The translations under genes were made by a program, and so were the position numbers. Below the pieces are notes generated by a model. The model had not been told where the DNA came from and did no database searches. It was given only the letters and a program-made list of their open reading frames with translations. Source: an uncultured delta proteobacterium (GTDB lineage Bacteria > Desulfobacterota > Binatia > Binatales > Binataceae). From it: a stretch of DNA of 64,000 nt. Shown piece after piece: positions 59,902 to 64,000 of the stretch (position 1 is the stretch's first letter; every line of letters begins with the position of its first letter). The stretch lies in assembly GCA_963765675.1 (NCBI GenBank), contig CAVXXK010000006.1, positions 256,001 through 320,000 of the forward strand. The letters run 5' to 3'.

Positions 59902-60954
59902 TCATGCTGACTTGCGATCGAGCGCGCGGATCACGGCCGCGGTCATCTCGCTGGTTGAGGCTTTGCCACCGAGGTCGCGGGTCAGCACGCGGCCTGAGCG
60001 CAGGACGGCGCCGGTTGCGGCGCGAATCTTCTTCGCGGCAGCGGGGCGCGAAAGATAATCCAGCAGCATCGCGCCGGAGAGAATCGCGGCAATAGGATTG
60101 GCGAGACCCTTGCCCGCGATATCGGGCGCGGTGCCGTGGACCGCCTCGAAGATCGCGCCCTTGTCGCCGTAGTTCGCACCCGGCACCAGGCCGAGTCCGC
60201 CGACCAATCCTGCGCACAGGTCGGAGACGATATCGCCGTAAAGATTCTCCAGCAGCAGGATATCGAAGGAGCTTGGATCGGTTACCAGCCGCATGCAGGC
60301 GGCGTCGACGATCTGCTCCTGGTAGCGAATCTCCGGATAGCCGCGCGAGACCGCACGCGCGCATTTCAGAAACAGCCCATCGGAGAGCTTCATGATGTTG
60401 GCCTTATGAATCGCGGTCACCGATTTGCGATGGTTCGCGCGCGCATACTCAAAGGCGAACTTGGCGATCCGCTTCGACGCGTGCGCCGTGATCACCTTGA
60501 TACTCTCGACCACGCCGGGCGCGACCTCGTGCTCGATTCCCGAGTAGAGATCCTCGGTGTTCTCGCGCACCACGATCAGATCGACGTTGCGAAACGGCGT
60601 ATGCACGCCCTTGAAGCTGAGCGTCGGACGCAGGTTGGCGTAGAGGTCGAAGGTCTTGCGCAGGAAGACGTTGATCGAGCGGTAGCCCACGCCCACGCGG
60701 GTTTCGAGCGGACCCTTGAGCGCGACGCCGGTGCGCGTGAGCGATTTGATCAGCTCGTCCGGGACCGGATTGCCAAAGCGCTTGAGCGCGGCCGCACCGG
60801 CAGACTGCCGGTCCCAGTCGATCTTCACGCCGGCGGCCTTGATCACCTCCAGCGCGGCGGAAATAACTTCAGGACCAACACCGTCGCCGGGAATAAGCGT
60901 GACGGCGGGAATTCCGTCACGATGCGGCGCGGTCAGTCGATTGTTCTTCGGCAT
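59902..60954 (-). CDS. Isocitrate/isopropylmalate dehydrogenase family (NAD-IDH-like)
   Basis: IPGDGVGPE, SINV.LRK.FDLYANLRP, RENTEDLY, HKANIMK, NLYGDIVSDL, HGTAPDIAG. Confidence 0.92.
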   Translation of the reverse strand: MPKNNRLTAPHRDGIPAVTLIPGDGVGPEVISAALEVIKAAGVKIDWDRQSAGAAALKRFGNPVPDELIKSLTRTGVALKGPLETRVGVGYRSINVFLRKTFDLYANLRPTLSFKGVHTPFRNVDLIVVRENTEDLYSGIEHEVAPGVVESIKVITAHASKRIAKFAFEYARANHRKSVTAIHKANIMKLSDGLFLKCARAVSRGYPEIRYQEQIVDAACMRLVTDPSSFDILLLENLYGDIVSDLCAGLVGGLGLVPGANYGDKGAIFEAVHGTAPDIAGKGLANPIAAILSGAMLLDYLSRPAAAKKIRAATGAVLRSGRVLTRDLGGKASTSEMTAAVIRALDRKSA

Positions 60955-60972
60955 CGAACTCCACTGCTTCGT

Positions 60973-62292
60973 TTAGTCGTCAACGATCGCGAGAAAAATA
61001 TCGGCGACGTTGGTGCCGGTCGGTCCGGTGCGAAACAGATCGCCGGACGCGGCGAGAAAATTGTACGCGTCATTACGCGCCAGTGCTGTAGCCGCGTCGA
61101 GCCCGCGCGCCGCCGCCCGCGCGACAGTCGCTGGCGACGCGAAGCCGCCGGCCGCGTCGGTAGGGCCGTCAATTCCGTCTGTGCCCGCGAACAGCGCGAG
61201 AAGTTTGCGCCCGGGCGCGATACGCGCCAGCTCCGCCGCCATCGCAAGTGCGCAATGCTGCGCGCGGCCGCCCTTGCCGCCGCCGCGCACGGTGACCACA
61301 GCCTCGCCCCCGGCGGTCGCGCAGATTCGCCGATGAGGCAGCGCGGCGATTCGGTTCGCCAGCGCGCGGCCGAGCTCTTCGGCCTCGCCACGGAGCTCCG
61401 GGAATCGCTCGACGGCATATCCCGCCGCGGCGGCGGCGCTCGCGGCCGCTTCGAGAGCGGTCGCGTTGTCACCGATGATCGCATTGGTCACGCGCGCGAA
61501 GACTGTGTCGCCGGGCTTCGGTGTCTCGATGATTTGGCCGGCCGCGCCGCGCTCCAAATGCTCCCGGACGCGCTCGGGTGCGCGGCCCCATACGCCACGG
61601 CGCTTCAAGACCGACACCGCGTCGCCGAAGGTGGTCGGGTCGGGCGCGGTCGGCCCGGAACCGATCGTCGCGAGATCGTTGCCGGGCACGTCGGAGAGGA
61701 TCAGGCCGAAGAGGCGCGCCGGAGCGGCAGCAGCGGCGAGCCGTCCACCCTTCACGGCCGACAGATGCTTTCGTACCAGGTTGAATTCGCGAATCGGCGC
61801 GCCCGAGCGAAGCAGCGCCTGAGTGACCGCGATCTTGTTCTCGAGCAGCAAGCCGGGCGCGGGCGCCGAGAGCATCGCGGAGGCACCGCCACTAAGCGCG
61901 ACGATCACCAGGTCGTCATCGCGCAGGCCACGGACCAGGTCGAGCGCCGCGTGCGCGCTGTGCTCGGACGCGCGGCCGGGAACGGGATGTTCTCCACGCA
62001 GGAGGTCGAAGCGCACGAGCTCGGGAGCGTCGTCGAGCGCGGGAATGACCGCGACTGCGTCGGCGATACGATCGCCCAAACGCGCTTCCAGAGCGGACGC
62101 CATGGCAGACGCAGCTTTTCCGATCGCGAGCGCGATCACGCGGCGGGCGGAGGTGATCGCCTCGGGCAGCTCCGCGATCGCGCCGTCGAGCGAGCGATAT
62201 ATCAGGCGCGCGGGTTCGACCGCCGCGATCGCCGCGCGATAAAAGCGCGTCAAATCGGCGCGTGCCGCAGCCTCATGATCGGCGGGAATCAT
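60973..62292 (-). CDS. Glycerate 2-kinase (MOFRL/TtuD family)
   Basis: GKAA, HPVP, LSGGASA, RKHLSAVKGG, SDVPG, GTDGIDG, TGPTGTNV. Confidence 0.92.
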   Translation of the reverse strand: MIPADHEAAARADLTRFYRAAIAAVEPARLIYRSLDGAIAELPEAITSARRVIALAIGKAASAMASALEARLGDRIADAVAVIPALDDAPELVRFDLLRGEHPVPGRASEHSAHAALDLVRGLRDDDLVIVALSGGASAMLSAPAPGLLLENKIAVTQALLRSGAPIREFNLVRKHLSAVKGGRLAAAAAPARLFGLILSDVPGNDLATIGSGPTAPDPTTFGDAVSVLKRRGVWGRAPERVREHLERGAAGQIIETPKPGDTVFARVTNAIIGDNATALEAAASAAAAAGYAVERFPELRGEAEELGRALANRIAALPHRRICATAGGEAVVTVRGGGKGGRAQHCALAMAAELARIAPGRKLLALFAGTDGIDGPTDAAGGFASPATVARAAARGLDAATALARNDAYNFLAASGDLFRTGPTGTNVADIFLAIVDD

Positions 62293-62364
62293 CGCGAGAG
62301 CATTGTGCCACGCTTGCGCGAATGACACATCGCCGAGGTCTGCTGCATGAGGCGCGACGCCTGT

Positions 62365-62515
62365 GCATGGACGCCCCGGGATTTCTCCCTCCGGTCGAAA
62401 TGACGCTTGGAGGCTTGGTGCATAAGTATCGAGCACCGCCGAATCTCTGACCTCATTGGCTGAGCCCCCAAGCGTCATTTCGAGCCTTGGGCGAGAAATC
62501 CCGAGGCGCTCATGC
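62365..62515. repeat. Palindromic REP-like element (CGTCATTTCGA/GAGAAATCCC type)
   Basis: CGGGATTTCTC..TCGAAATGACGCTTGG ... CCAAGCGTCATTTCGA..GAGAAATCCCG. Same architecture as 28551-28731. Confidence 0.7.
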
Positions 62516-62556
62516 GCCGGCGTGCGGACACCAGCAAGAATCAGCAGGTGCGCGAC

Positions 62557-63273
62557 TTAGCGGGGATGCAGGGTTTTTATTTCGCCGGATTTCATTGCTA
62601 CCAAGACCGTCGTCGCGATCGCGGCGAAGATGCCGGTGCCTACTACGCCGGGAATCGCGAGCAGCTCCTTGTCGAGCTTCGCGGGGTTGTGGATTTCCTT
62701 GACTGCGCAATCGAGGATCACATTGCCGTTGTCGGTGACGAAATCGACGCCGTCTTTTTGGCGCACTGCCGGCTTGAGGCCCAGCGCTGCCACTTTGCGC
62801 GTGACCAGGGGCACTCCGAATGGCACCACCTCGACCGGCAGGATGCCGCGGGCGCCGAGCTTGCGCACGAGCTTTTCCTCGCCGACAAGAATCACCACTT
62901 TGCGCGACGAGGCGGCGACGATTTTCTCGCGGACCAGCGCGCCGCCGTAGCCCTTGATCAGGTTGAGGCGCGGATCGACTTCGTCGGCGCCATCAAAATC
63001 TATATCGATCTTCGGCGCGTCGGTGAGCGAAGCGATCTCGATTCCGAGCGAGCGCGCAAGCTCCTCACTCGCGCGCGAGGTCGGAATTCCGCGCACCGCG
63101 ATCAGGCTCTGCCCGAGCGCATTGATAAAGGCGGTCGCGGCCCGCCCGGTTCCGAGTCCGATCGTGTGATGCGGGCGGACGGTCTTGAGTGCGAATCGGC
63201 CGAGCGCCTGCATGTGATCGAGCGCATCCAAACTCCCGTGCGCATTCTGAATCGTTGAGGTCGAGGTCCCCAT
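62557..63273 (-). CDS. rpiA: Ribose-5-phosphate isomerase A
   Basis: IGLGTG, DGADEVD..LIKGYGGALVREK, LPVEV, TDNGN, PGVV. Confidence 0.94.
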   Translation of the reverse strand: MGTSTSTIQNAHGSLDALDHMQALGRFALKTVRPHHTIGLGTGRAATAFINALGQSLIAVRGIPTSRASEELARSLGIEIASLTDAPKIDIDFDGADEVDPRLNLIKGYGGALVREKIVAASSRKVVILVGEEKLVRKLGARGILPVEVVPFGVPLVTRKVAALGLKPAVRQKDGVDFVTDNGNVILDCAVKEIHNPAKLDKELLAIPGVVGTGIFAAIATTVLVAMKSGEIKTLHPR

Positions 63274-63309
63274 GGCCAAGTCCCCCTCGCGAATGCCCCG
63301 TGCGGCGCG

Positions 63310-63939
63310 CTACTTGCCGTTGCGAAGCAGGTTCATGAACTCGTGGCGGGTTTCATGATTAGTCCGGAACACGCCGAGCATCGCGGAGGTCGTGACCCAC
63401 GAGTTCTGTTTTTGCACGCCCCGCATCCGCATGCACATATGTTCGGCCTCGAGCACTACAGCAACTCCGAGCGGCTCGATCTCTTCCATAATCGTCGACG
63501 CGATTTGAGTCGTCAGGCGCTCCTGCACCTGCAGCCGGCGGCAGAATATTTCCACCATCCGCGCGAGCTTCGAGATCCCGACGATTCGCTTGTTGGGCAG
63601 ATAGGCGACGTGCGCCTTGCCCATGAACGGGAGCAGGTGATGCTCACAGAGGGCGTAGAAATCGAGATCCTTGCACAGGATGATCTCCTGGTAGTCTTCC
63701 TCGACGAACAGCGCGCCGTTGATCGCGACCTTGGGGTCCTGCTTGTAGCCGGCGGTCAGAAATTCGTACGCCTTGACCACGCGGAATGGAGTGCGCAGCA
63801 GCCCCTCGCGCTCGGGATCTTCGCCGACATAGCGGAGCAGGGTGCGCACTGCTTCTTCGGCGGCAAGACGTTCGCGCTCGGAGCGTGCGGCGGAGCTATC
63901 CGGAAGATTACGGATTACAGATTTTCGGCTTTGCGCCAT
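63310..63939 (-). CDS. folE: GTP cyclohydrolase I
   Basis: [42 protein letters not shown]. Confidence 0.96.
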   Translation of the reverse strand: MAQSRKSVIRNLPDSSAARSERERLAAEEAVRTLLRYVGEDPEREGLLRTPFRVVKAYEFLTAGYKQDPKVAINGALFVEEDYQEIILCKDLDFYALCEHHLLPFMGKAHVAYLPNKRIVGISKLARMVEIFCRRLQVQERLTTQIASTIMEEIEPLGVAVVLEAEHMCMRMRGVQKQNSWVTTSAMLGVFRTNHETRHEFMNLLRNGK

Positions 63940-64000
63940 TTGCTGAACTCCAATGCGAGCTCGATCGCCAGCGACGGTCCGCCGCCACTCATTATTGCAA

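Noticed and set aside
62293-62478. N-terminal extension of the glycerate kinase ORF
   Set aside because: It reads through the palindromic repeat element. Family-like sequence begins near ATG 62292.

Overview
This is a high-GC, gene-dense bacterial chromosome window. Gene order and content resemble Deltaproteobacteria/Candidatus Binatota (inference only). Housekeeping blocks: rpmE-prfA-prmC-murA-hisD-hisB-hisA; alaC-hom-thrC-apgM-like-glpX; and folE-rpiA-glycerate kinase-IDH-like-Mo oxidoreductase-glpD. It also holds an acyl-CoA cluster with a B12 isobutyryl-CoA-mutase-type enzyme, a type II secretion operon gspE-N with no gspC/gspD in the window, an orphan Flp pilin in an AT-rich patch, several unknown exported proteins and four REP/REPIN-like palindromes. 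No rRNA, tRNA, CRISPR array or transposase was seen. The most striking unexplained item is a secreted protein with 11 tandem 30-31 aa repeats that are about 22% tryptophan plus a Gln-rich tail, converging on the T2SS operon. Next are a 32-cysteine lipoprotein and two candidate RNA switches (upstream of an MFS gene, and between rpmE and prfA). Five genes each carry a net +1 frameshift, most likely sequencing or assembly indels.
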